From Bacillales bacterium (GTDB lineage: Bacteria > Bacillota_I > Bacilli_A > RF39 > UBA660), in contig JAEEKZ010000018.1 of the NCBI GenBank assembly GCA_016288635.1, positions 8,650-72,649 of the forward strand: a stretch of DNA of 64,000 nucleotides, read 5' to 3'. Below, one piece after another: positions 30,722 through 39,025 of this stretch. A model generated the notes under the pieces. The model worked only from the letters and a program-made list of their open reading frames with translations, did no database searches and was not told where the DNA came from. Both the position numbers and the translations under genes were made by a program. Numbering within the stretch: position 1 is the first letter of the stretch; each line of letters opens with the position of its first letter.

Positions 30722-31978
30722 ATGAAACAAATAATTATAAAGGGGAATAAAAGACTTACCGGTACTATTCGAATTGGTGGAGCAAAGAATAGTGTTGTTG
30801 CATTAATGCCTGCTGCTTTGCTTACTGATGGAGTTGTTAAAATAAATAATGTACCTAGTATTTCAGATAAAGATGCTCTTGTGCAAATTATGGAATTATT
30901 GGGAGCAGATGTTAAATGTCTAAGAGGATCTGCAGTAGTTGATTCTAAAAATGTTCATAATGAATTAGTTCCGGAAAATTTAAGTAGAAAATTAAGAGCT
31001 TCTTATTATTTTATGGGAGTATTATTAGGAAGATATAAGCATGCTGAAGTATATTTGCCTGGAGGATGTAATATTGGTTCTAGACCAATAGATCAACATT
31101 TAAAAGGATTTAGTGCTTTGGGTACGGAAATAACAAGAGACGGAGATAAATATATTTTAGATGCTCCAGACTTACATGGCGCAGATATTCTATTAGATTT
31201 TGCTTCCGTAGGGGCAACTATTAATATTATGTTTGCAGCCGTTTTAGCAAAGGGAACAACTAGAATACGTAATGCAGCTTGTGAAACTGAAATAGTTAAT
31301 ATAGCGGATTTACTTGTAAAAATGGGTGCTAAAATTGATGGAGCAGGAACAAGTGTTATTACAATAAAAGGTGTAAAAAAATTGCATGGTGCACAAATTA
31401 AAGTAATTCCTGATAGAATCGAAGCTGGAACATATATTATTGTTGGGGCTTTAACTGGTGATAACCTAGTTGTTAGTGGTGTAGTTCCAAGTCATCTTTT
31501 AGCTTTATTTAATAAACTAGATGATATGAATGTAAAATATAAAATAGTTAAAGATAAAGTATATATTAGTAAAGCAACACGTGTTAAAGCATCAAACGTA
31601 ACTACTTTAGTATATCCTGGTTTCCCAACAGATTTAGGTCAACCTATTCAAGTATTGCTTACTCAAGCAAAAGGGAAATCAAAATTTAAGGAGACTATTT
31701 GGGAAAATAGAATGGGACACGTTCCTCATTTAATAAAGATGGGAGCTAAGATATCAGCTCATAGTACTACTGCAATTTATAGTGGACCAACTGAGTTACA
31801 TGGTGAAGAAATAACCGCTACTGACTTACGTGGTGGTGCTGCGCTTGTTCTAGCTGGTTTACTTGCTGAGGGTACTACTATAATAAATGATGCTGATTAT
31901 ATTCTTAGAGGATATGAAAGAATTATTCAAAAGTTGTCTAAAGTTGGCGCAAATATAGAAATAAAGGAGATTTCGTAA
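30722..31978 (+). CDS. murA: UDP-N-acetylglucosamine 1-carboxyvinyltransferase
   Basis: MKQIIIKGNKRLTGTIRIGGAKNS from ATG 30722 (SD GAGGAG). An active-site loop GGCNIGSRPIDQHL is present. The ORF-track start 30647 lies inside the terminator and promoter. Confidence 0.94.
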   Translation: MKQIIIKGNKRLTGTIRIGGAKNSVVALMPAALLTDGVVKINNVPSISDKDALVQIMELLGADVKCLRGSAVVDSKNVHNELVPENLSRKLRASYYFMGVLLGRYKHAEVYLPGGCNIGSRPIDQHLKGFSALGTEITRDGDKYILDAPDLHGADILLDFASVGATINIMFAAVLAKGTTRIRNAACETEIVNIADLLVKMGAKIDGAGTSVITIKGVKKLHGAQIKVIPDRIEAGTYIIVGALTGDNLVVSGVVPSHLLALFNKLDDMNVKYKIVKDKVYISKATRVKASNVTTLVYPGFPTDLGQPIQVLLTQAKGKSKFKETIWENRMGHVPHLIKMGAKISAHSTTAIYSGPTELHGEEITATDLRGGAALVLAGLLAEGTTIINDADYILRGYERIIQKLSKVGANIEIKEIS

Positions 31979-32080
31979 ATAATTTATTTATTTTCTTGCG
32001 TATTCTAAAAAAATATGTTATATTACTATGGCAAAGGAAGGACTATGTCATGAATTTGACATGGAAAAGGTGAATAATTA

Positions 32081-32284
32081 ATGAAAAAGAACATTCATCC
32101 AGAAGTTAAAGATGCTACAGTAACATGTGTATGTGGTGCTTCATTCAAGACTAAATCAATTAAGGAAAATATCCAAGTTGAAGTTTGTAGTGAATGCCAT
32201 CCATTCTATACTGGAAGCCAAGGAAAAGCTAAGAAAACTGGAAATATTGAAAAGTTTAATAAAAAATATGGTTTTGACAAATAA
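32081..32284 (+). CDS. rpmE: 50S ribosomal protein L31 (Cys-containing type A)
   Basis: MKKNIHPE...CVCG...[10 protein letters not shown], 67 aa. Confidence 0.94.
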   Translation: MKKNIHPEVKDATVTCVCGASFKTKSIKENIQVEVCSECHPFYTGSQGKAKKTGNIEKFNKKYGFDK

Positions 32285-32308
32285 CAGGAAAGATTTCCTG
32301 TTTTTTGT
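32283..32308 (+). terminator. intrinsic terminator after rpmE
   Basis: 9-bp stem AACAGGAAA/TTTCCTGTT with a 3-nt loop, followed by T5. Confidence 0.75.
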
Positions 32309-32410
32309 TGCGTAAAAAGATTGTAAATAAATAGAGCATTATATATTATTTATTTGCAAAATATGGTATTTTTTAGATAGATACAAGATTGTATTTTAAG
32401 GAGGATTATT

Positions 32411-32851
32411 TTGAAAATAATTATAGCTTGTGATCATGCTGCTGTAGAAAGACAAGAAGAAATCATCAAATATTTAAGAGAAAACGAAATAGAGGTTGAA
32501 ACGGTTGATTTAGATCATTACGATACAGATGATTATCCCGATTTTGCATTTGCTTTGTGTAAAAAAGTGGTTGATGAGGATATTAATGGTATTTTATTGT
32601 GTGGAAATGGTATAGGTATGTCTATTGCTGCAAATAAAGTTAAAGGTATTAGATGTGCAAGAGTAACAAATGTTGATGATGCATTTAAGTGTAAGAATCA
32701 TAATGGAGCAAATGTTATTGCCGTTGGTGCTAATTTAGATTTAGAAGAAACAAAAAATATTATAGATACATTTATAGTTACTAAGCCTGCTTCTGAAGAG
32801 AGACATTTAAGAAGAATAAATAAGATTATAAAGTTTGAGTCAGGTGAATAG
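32411..32851 (+). CDS. rpiB: ribose-5-phosphate isomerase B (RpiB/LacAB family)
   Basis: MKIIIACDHAAV and LLCGNGIGMSIAANKVKGIRCA. TTG start after SD AAGGAGG. Confidence 0.9.
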   Translation: MKIIIACDHAAVERQEEIIKYLRENEIEVETVDLDHYDTDDYPDFAFALCKKVVDEDINGILLCGNGIGMSIAANKVKGIRCARVTNVDDAFKCKNHNGANVIAVGANLDLEETKNIIDTFIVTKPASEERHLRRINKIIKFESGE

Positions 32852-32852
32852 T

Positions 32853-33038
32853 ATGCTTTACCATAAGATTATTTATATAGTTAGTGTTATGACGAGTATA
32901 TTTGCATTATCTGGGATTAATTATGAAAAATTTATAAAAAAAAATAAAATATACGAAACAAGATTCCTAGTTATTTTACTTAGTTTAGCTTTAGGATACC
33001 TTGTGGGATCATTTATTATTGCTTTTATAGAAACATAG
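32853..33038 (+). CDS. small two-TM membrane protein, DUF1146 (YwzB-like)
   Basis: 61 aa from ATG 32853 (SD AGGTGA). The pattern ALSGINYEKFIKKNK..ETRFLVILLSLALGYLVGSFI resembles DUF1146, judged from memory. Confidence 0.5.
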   Translation: MLYHKIIYIVSVMTSIFALSGINYEKFIKKNKIYETRFLVILLSLALGYLVGSFIIAFIET

Positions 33039-33119
33039 TTTTGTCGAATTTTGACGAACTATTTTGATTGTCTTACCTTAACCAGCAATGATACTATTTC
33101 TATAGAAAAGAGGTGTGTT

Positions 33120-33317
33120 ATGGTTGGTCGTGTTAAATGGTTCAATGATGAAAAAGGATATGGTTTCATCGAATATGAAGATTTAGATGATATCTTTGTT
33201 CATTATTCTGTTATTCAAATGGATGGATTTAAAACTTTAACTAGTGGTCAAAAAGTTCAGTTCAAATTGACTAGTACTGAAAAAGGTTTACAAGCATTTG
33301 ATGTTTTAAAAGCATAA
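33120..33317 (+). CDS. cspA: cold-shock protein (CspA family)
   Basis: MVGRVKWFNDEKGYGFIE (RNP1) and DIFVHYS (RNP2), 65 aa from ATG 33120 with SD AAGAGGTG. The ORF-track start 33051 is an upstream extension. Confidence 0.93.
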   Translation: MVGRVKWFNDEKGYGFIEYEDLDDIFVHYSVIQMDGFKTLTSGQKVQFKLTSTEKGLQAFDVLKA

Positions 33318-33341
33318 AAAAAGAACTTATTGTTCTTTTTT
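33316..33341. terminator. bidirectional terminator between csp and the DUF805 gene
   Basis: AAGAAC/GTTCTT stem flanked by A7 and T6 runs. It overlaps the 3' end of the minus-strand gene. Confidence 0.6.
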
Positions 33342-33791
33342 CTTTTTGTTTTTTTTCTTAGTGGTAACATTAGTTTCTATACTTTTTTCTATATTTGGCG
33401 TTCCATCAGTTTTAATATCCATTGGTGTTGGTAATAAATAGATAATTGCGAGAATTGGCCATCCAAATATAAACAAAATATTTATTAATAATATCCATTT
33501 GCTAAGTTTTAATGCGTTTAATCTTCTTGTTTGTTGTGCTAATTTTGGAATTATACAAACTAAGAAATAGATTTCAATCCCATATTGAAAGAAATCTACT
33601 GCGTTGTTTATCCATTTTAATGCAAAAAAGTACATTGAAAGTAAGAAAAAAATATAAAGCATTACTAAGTGGCATAATTCGGTCAGCCAATAATTTTTTC
33701 TTGTTTCTTTTCCTTCAAAGTTTAGACCATTGATCCAAAATTCTTTATTTATTTCCCAAAATGCTTCGAGTATTTTTCTCATTTTGTTCAC
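33327..33791 (-). CDS. DUF805 family inner-membrane protein
   Basis: 154 aa with an N-terminal EGKETRKNYWL motif (DUF805 has GRxxRxxYW), 3-4 TM helices and a Lys-rich tail. Confidence 0.6.
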   Translation of the reverse strand: MNKMRKILEAFWEINKEFWINGLNFEGKETRKNYWLTELCHLVMLYIFFLLSMYFFALKWINNAVDFFQYGIEIYFLVCIIPKLAQQTRRLNALKLSKWILLINILFIFGWPILAIIYLLPTPMDIKTDGTPNIEKSIETNVTTKKKNKKKKEQ

Positions 33792-33897
33792 CTTTAATAT
33801 TAGAATATCATTTTTTTAAACATTTTCAACAAATAATCTTGAATTATTTTGAAGATAGTGTTATTTTCTTATATATTCTTTGTATGGAGGGTTTGGT

Positions 33898-35349
33898 ATG
33901 ACTCTAGAGGATTTGATTAATTTATTAAGAAAATTTAATTATAGCGAAGATGAAATAAAACGAATTGATGATGCCTATAAATATGCTAATATGAAGCATG
34001 GAAATCAAGTACGTCAAAGTGGTGAACCATATATTACGCATCCTTTGCATGTTGCATATACTCTTGTAGGGTTACATGCTGATGTTAATACCATTATAGC
34101 TGCTCTTTTACATGATGTTTTAGAAGATACAAAAACAGAGAAAGAGGAAATAACAAAAAATTTTAATGAAGAAGTTGCTAATTTAGTTGATGGCGTTACA
34201 AATTTATCTGATAAAGATTATTCTTCAAGAGAAATGGCAAAGAAAGCCAGCACGAGAAAACTATTAGTAGCTGCTACAAATGATGTTAGAATTATTATTA
34301 TAAAATTAGCAGATAGACTTCATAATATGCAAACCTTACAGTTTAAGAGTCCTGAGAAGCAACAGGAAAAAGCACATGAAACACTAGACATATTTGTGCC
34401 TACCGCATCTAAGATTGGTACTTACGAATTACAAAGAAATCTTGAGGATTTATCATTTAAATATTTGAATCCGGATCAATACCATATTATTGGCGAATTA
34501 AAAATGAATTTTGCGGAAAATAATGCAATATATGTAGACGAACTTATGAAAAATTGTAGAAAAATATTATTAGCAAATGGTTTAACTGGGTCTGTTGATA
34601 TAAGAGAGAGAAATTTGTATAGTTTATATAATAAAATAAGAAGTGGTTTTAAACCAAATGATATTCACGATATATTGGCAGTTAAGGTCGTTTTAAAACA
34701 AATTAAGGATTGTACTGATTTCTTGGAATATTTAAAAAAATCATATAGGTTTTTCGAAGAGGAATACCGAGATTACATCAGTAATCCTAAACCAAATTTA
34801 TATCAATCGATTCATGCAAGTTGGTATTTATCAGATGACAAAATATTTCAAACAAGAATTCGAACTAGAGATATGGATTTGATTGCTAATAGGGGAATTG
34901 CGGCTTATTGGGATCTAGATAGAGATAATGCTCGTACTAGAATTCAAAGCGAATTTGAAACAAAATTAAGATTATATAAAAATGTTAAAAGATTAAATTC
35001 TATGTTTCCGGATGATGCTCAGTTTTTTGACTCTCTTAAATCGGATGTTTTATCACCTCCAATATCAGTACATGCGTTAAATGGTGATTTAATCGAATTG
35101 CCTAATGGAGCTACTCCTATAGATTTTGCCTATCAAATTCACAAGAGTTTAGGAGATTCAATGGTTGCAGCTACAGTTAATGGAGAGTTTGTACCAGTTG
35201 GTTGTACTTTAAAAAATGATGATGCAGTTAGAATTATCGTTAATAAAACGTGTTATGCACCTAAATATGGATGGGATCAAATGGCTGTAACTAGCTATGC
35301 AAGACAAAGAATTAGGGAATATAATAGAAAGTTTCAAAAAAAAGGTTAA
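33898..35349 (+). CDS. RelA/SpoT homolog (HD hydrolase + synthetase-like + TGS; C-terminal regulatory domains absent)
   Basis: HD domain (HPLHVAYTL...LLHDVLEDT...KLADRLHNMQTL), a synthetase-like domain (YSLYNKI, DILAVKV, YQSIHAS, QTRIRT) and a TGS domain (VHALNGDLIELPNGATPIDFAYQIH). It is 483 aa from ATG 33898 (SD TGGAGGG). Confidence 0.85.
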   Translation: MTLEDLINLLRKFNYSEDEIKRIDDAYKYANMKHGNQVRQSGEPYITHPLHVAYTLVGLHADVNTIIAALLHDVLEDTKTEKEEITKNFNEEVANLVDGVTNLSDKDYSSREMAKKASTRKLLVAATNDVRIIIIKLADRLHNMQTLQFKSPEKQQEKAHETLDIFVPTASKIGTYELQRNLEDLSFKYLNPDQYHIIGELKMNFAENNAIYVDELMKNCRKILLANGLTGSVDIRERNLYSLYNKIRSGFKPNDIHDILAVKVVLKQIKDCTDFLEYLKKSYRFFEEEYRDYISNPKPNLYQSIHASWYLSDDKIFQTRIRTRDMDLIANRGIAAYWDLDRDNARTRIQSEFETKLRLYKNVKRLNSMFPDDAQFFDSLKSDVLSPPISVHALNGDLIELPNGATPIDFAYQIHKSLGDSMVAATVNGEFVPVGCTLKNDDAVRIIVNKTCYAPKYGWDQMAVTSYARQRIREYNRKFQKKG

Positions 35350-35419
35350 TAATTTAGCCTTTTTTGTTTGTCTACTATACGTTTATTTTTGTAAAACTAG
35401 TACATTATAATCTTATTTG

Positions 35420-35428
35420 TGTTATAAT
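35420..35428 (+). promoter_or_regulatory. extended -10 promoter element upstream of abi-htrA
   Basis: TGtTATAAT (TATAAT 35423-35428), 17 nt upstream of the ORF start. A second TATAAT lies at 35406-35411. Confidence 0.4.
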
Positions 35429-35444
35429 GATATGGTAAAGGTGG

Positions 35445-36395
35445 ATGTGTGTGAATACGAATGTCGATACAAAGACTTTTAAAACCTTAGATGAGCAAAT
35501 TGATATTTTAATTCGCAAAGGTCTTATTATCAAAGATTATGATTATACAAGAACTATCCTTTTAAGAGAGAACTACTTCTTCTTAAATGGTTATAGATTA
35601 TTGTTTATGGAATCTAATGCTAATAGGGTCTTTATTAAAGGTGCGACTTTTGATGAATTGTATGCGATGTTCAATTTCGACAGACAGTTGCGTAATATTA
35701 TTTTTAAGAACATCTTAATATTTGAAAATAACATTAAAAGTGTAATAGCATATGTTTTCAGTAGAAATCATGGGTTTAAAGAAAAAGTCTATTTAAATGT
35801 TAATAATTATATTAGAGATGCTAAAAGATTTAAGCAAGTAAATGACCTTTTATATAAAATGAAAAGACAAATAAGGGTTAATGGAAGACAGCATACTGCA
35901 ACTAGTCACTATATTGACAAGTATGGATATATTCCTTTGTGGGTTGCTGTTAAAGTCTTATCATTTGGTATTGTTGGTGAGTTATATACTATTTTGCAGT
36001 ATAAGGATCAAGAAGAAATTGCTGATGTATTTAACATGGATATGGATGCATTAGTTGATTATTTACCTATTCTTGCAAATTATAGAAACCTATGTGCTCA
36101 TGAAGATATTTGTTATGAGAATAAGACGCAAAAAGAGATTGAAGATACTAAATATCATAGAATGCTCTTTATTCCAAAAGATGGAGATCATTATAAATAT
36201 GGAAAAGATGATTTATTCTCATTAGTTATCATTTTAAAACAAGTTTTGGATAATGATGATTTTTGTATGTTTATGCGAGAAGTTAATTATGAATTGGATA
36301 TTCTTGCGGGTAAACTTCATTCAATTAATATAAATAAAGTGTTGGATAAGATGGGATTCCCAGTTAATTATAATGAGATAGTAAGGATGATGTAG
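35445..36395 (+). CDS. Abi-like protein (Abi_2 / AbiD-AbiF type abortive-infection family)
   Basis: 316 aa. N-terminus FKTLDEQIDILIRKGLII, then NYFFLNGYRLLF, LWVAVKVLSFGIVGELY and YRNLCAHEDICYE, matching the Abi_2 pattern as I recall it. Confidence 0.7.
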   Translation: MCVNTNVDTKTFKTLDEQIDILIRKGLIIKDYDYTRTILLRENYFFLNGYRLLFMESNANRVFIKGATFDELYAMFNFDRQLRNIIFKNILIFENNIKSVIAYVFSRNHGFKEKVYLNVNNYIRDAKRFKQVNDLLYKMKRQIRVNGRQHTATSHYIDKYGYIPLWVAVKVLSFGIVGELYTILQYKDQEEIADVFNMDMDALVDYLPILANYRNLCAHEDICYENKTQKEIEDTKYHRMLFIPKDGDHYKYGKDDLFSLVIILKQVLDNDDFCMFMREVNYELDILAGKLHSININKVLDKMGFPVNYNEIVRMM

Positions 36396-37526
36396 ATGAA
36401 TGATTTAAACATTGATTTTAAAACTAAAAAGAAAAAAGGAATTGGCATAGGTGGGCTAGTTTTGGCCTTTTTTGTGGGGTTATTATCAATGTTTTTAATA
36501 TCTAATGCTTATCCTTTAAATACTATTCTTTATAAAACTGAAGATGGTAAAATTGTTTATGAAACAAAGAGTGTTACTGTAACTGATGTTGGAATTGCTG
36601 AATCTGTTAAGAAAGTGTATGATGCTTCAGTTGTTGTAACTGCATATAAAGATGGTAAAATTACATCTACCGGTACAGGGTTTGTATTTAAAAAAGATAA
36701 AAATTTAGCTTATATTTTAACTAATCATCATGTTATTTCTAGTGCTCTAACTACTAGTGGAAAAGTATTTGTTACGTTTACAGATGACACAACACATGAA
36801 GTTACAGTTGTTGGTAGTAATCAATATGATGATATTGCTGTTTTAAGTATAGAAGCATCTAAGGTTAAATCTGTAGCTAAACTTGGAAGTAGTGAAAAGG
36901 CTGAAGTTGGCGATACAACATTTGTTATTGGAGCTCCAATGGGTACTGTTTATTCGTGGACTGTAACTAGAGGTATTTTATCTGGAAAGGATAGATTGGT
37001 TGAAGTTAGTGTAGCTAATAAAAATGTTGTTGATTATGTAATGAGAGTATTACAAACGGATGCTGCAGTTAACTCCGGTAATAGTGGAGGCCCTCTTTGT
37101 AATATTAATGGGGAAGTAATTGGCGTTGTTTCCCTAAAGGTTATTTCAAGTGGTGTTGAAGGAATGGGCTTTGCAATTCCTATTGAGGAAGCTTTACAGT
37201 ATGCTAATAAAATAATGTCGGGACAAGGTAATAAACTCCCTTATTTAGGTTTATCTATGGGCGATATTACTGCAGATATTGCAAATAAATATAATGTATC
37301 TAGTGGTGTTATTGTTAGATTTGTTGAATCTGGATCGTGTGCAGATGAAGGCGGCCTTAAAAAAGGTGATATTATTACAAAGTTAGGAAATACTAAGACA
37401 AAATCAACTATTTATTTAAGATATGCGTTATATAGATATAATGTTGGTGATAAAGTTGAAATAACCTTCTATAGAGATAATAAAGAGATGAAAACAGAAG
37501 TTATTTTAAAGGAAGCAAAGAACTAA
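36396..37526 (+). CDS. htrA: HtrA/DegP-family serine protease with PDZ domain
   Basis: N-terminal TM and a trypsin-like triad context (TNHHV, DIAVL, GNSGGPL). The C-terminal PDZ domain contains GLKKGDIITKLG. The ATG abuts the abi stop codon. Confidence 0.92.
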   Translation: MNDLNIDFKTKKKKGIGIGGLVLAFFVGLLSMFLISNAYPLNTILYKTEDGKIVYETKSVTVTDVGIAESVKKVYDASVVVTAYKDGKITSTGTGFVFKKDKNLAYILTNHHVISSALTTSGKVFVTFTDDTTHEVTVVGSNQYDDIAVLSIEASKVKSVAKLGSSEKAEVGDTTFVIGAPMGTVYSWTVTRGILSGKDRLVEVSVANKNVVDYVMRVLQTDAAVNSGNSGGPLCNINGEVIGVVSLKVISSGVEGMGFAIPIEEALQYANKIMSGQGNKLPYLGLSMGDITADIANKYNVSSGVIVRFVESGSCADEGGLKKGDIITKLGNTKTKSTIYLRYALYRYNVGDKVEITFYRDNKEMKTEVILKEAKN

Positions 37527-37550
37527 GTGTCAACACTTAGTTCTTTTTTA
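37519..37550 (+). terminator. strong intrinsic terminator after htrA (left boundary of island)
   Basis: 12-bp perfect inverted repeat AGAACTAAGTGT/ACACTTAGTTCT followed by T6. Confidence 0.85.
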
Positions 37551-37569
37551 TTTATAAATTAAAAAGGTA

Positions 37570-37599
37570 TTGTAATAAATAGACAAATAGTGTTAAAAT
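37570..37599 (+). promoter_or_regulatory. sigma-A type promoter of the island's first operon
   Basis: TTGTAA (37570-37575), 18 nt, TGtTAAAAT (37594-37599). SD AGGAAGGG precedes ATG 37620. Confidence 0.55.
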
Positions 37600-37619
37600 T
37601 ATTATATTAGGAAGGGTAT

Positions 37620-39023
37620 ATGAAGTTCGTTGAGAGTGTGTTTAACAAGTTTTTTATTAACGTAGACTTTCCATTTGAATCAGCGAGTTTTTCGGAATTA
37701 ATTCAAGATTTATTTCAAAAATATGGCGGAATATTAATTGCTATTTGTGTTGGCGTTGTTGTTTTTTATGTCGTCTCTGCTTTATTTTTAAATAAATTTA
37801 GTAAAAATGTTACTGGTTCTGGATCCATTCTGGCCTGGGTTCCTCTGGGTAGAACTTTTTTGTGTGGAAAATTAGCTCAAGGTCATGTATGGGGTGTTCT
37901 TTTGCTTCTATATCCTTTTGCTTTATATTTCTGGGATATCTTTTCAATACCTGAGCGAACTGTTCCTTATTTTGTCTTAGGATATTTAATAGCATACGTG
38001 GTTACTTTAATTAGCTTGGTCGTAAGGTTTTTTACAGGCTTGGGTGAAAGTAATTCTGGCGGATATATTAATTATAAAGCAAATCAAATTGCATCTGGTG
38101 AGATTGATCCTAATGCTTTTGTAGAAGCAAATGGTACTATGAATTTAACTAAAAAATATATAATGCAAAGTAGAATGAAACAAGCAGAATTTAATAAAAA
38201 TAGGCCTGTTCATAGTTCAAACACTAAACAACAAGGTAATTCTAATCAGGGAGGTACGAATGTGTTTATGCAAATGATAGAAGGAGAAAATAATAATAAT
38301 CAGGCACCAACAGTAGCTGCATCTCCAGAAAACATAAATGAAACAAGTGATAGTAAGTTAGAAAATACAATACCGGTTATTGTATTTAAAAATAAAAATA
38401 ATGCGCCTAAACCAGGTATGCCTATGAGTGGTGGATTTATTCAGCAAGGACCTCAACCCTTCCAGCGTCCTCCAATGAGTCAAGGAAGCCAACCATTTGG
38501 TCAGTCTAATCAGGGACAGTTTGTTAGACGTAATCCTCAGCAGGGAATTCCTCAAGTGATGCAACAACAAGTTGTTCAGCCTCAAGTTCAACAACAAGCT
38601 GTACAGCCACAAATGGTACAACCTCAGATGATTCAGAGAAATCAATACAAGATTAATCAACAACAACAGGCAATCTCTCAACCATTTGGTCAACCTATAA
38701 GGCCACAAACTATGCAACCAACAGGTATGCCACAACAAGCTGTAAACCCTTCACAGCCGCAAATGGTACAGCCTAAGGTTGCTGCGCAGGCAATAGGCCC
38801 TGCACAAGTACAAGTTGCTAGTCAACAGGGATTACCTCAACAAGGATTAAATGCTGGTCAACAACAGCTAGTTCGTCCTCAGGGAATGCCTCAACAGGTA
38901 GCTAGACCAGTTCAACCACAAATGGTACAACCTCAAATGCAACAGCAAGTTGCAAGAACAGTTCAGCCACTGCCTACTCAACAAGGTCTTGGTCAAAATA
39001 CTGGTAATGGGCTAGGAGGCTAA
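37620..39023 (+). CDS. polytopic membrane protein with a ~200-aa Gln/Pro-rich repetitive C-terminal region
   Basis: 467 aa with 3-4 N-terminal TM helices. From about aa 265 the composition is dominated by Q, P, V and M, with reiterated QPQMVQPQM units. No family recognised. Confidence 0.75.
   Translation: MKFVESVFNKFFINVDFPFESASFSELIQDLFQKYGGILIAICVGVVVFYVVSALFLNKFSKNVTGSGSILAWVPLGRTFLCGKLAQGHVWGVLLLLYPFALYFWDIFSIPERTVPYFVLGYLIAYVVTLISLVVRFFTGLGESNSGGYINYKANQIASGEIDPNAFVEANGTMNLTKKYIMQSRMKQAEFNKNRPVHSSNTKQQGNSNQGGTNVFMQMIEGENNNNQAPTVAASPENINETSDSKLENTIPVIVFKNKNNAPKPGMPMSGGFIQQGPQPFQRPPMSQGSQPFGQSNQGQFVRRNPQQGIPQVMQQQVVQPQVQQQAVQPQMVQPQMIQRNQYKINQQQQAISQPFGQPIRPQTMQPTGMPQQAVNPSQPQMVQPKVAAQAIGPAQVQVASQQGLPQQGLNAGQQQLVRPQGMPQQVARPVQPQMVQPQMQQQVARTVQPLPTQQGLGQNTGNGLGG
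38604..38939 (+). repeat. dispersed in-frame nucleotide repeats encoding QPQMVQP
   Basis: CAGCCACAAATGGTACAACCTCAGATG (38604-38630), CAGCCGCAAATGGTACAGCCT (38753-38773) and CAACCACAAATGGTACAACCTCAAATG (38913-38939). Confidence 0.85.
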
Positions 39024-39025
39024 TC

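Noticed and set aside
38358-38738. 126-aa minus-strand ORF in the Q/P-repeat region.
   Set aside because: The complement of CAR/CCN-rich repeats gives a Leu-rich open frame by chance. The sense ORF has an SD, a promoter and a TM domain.
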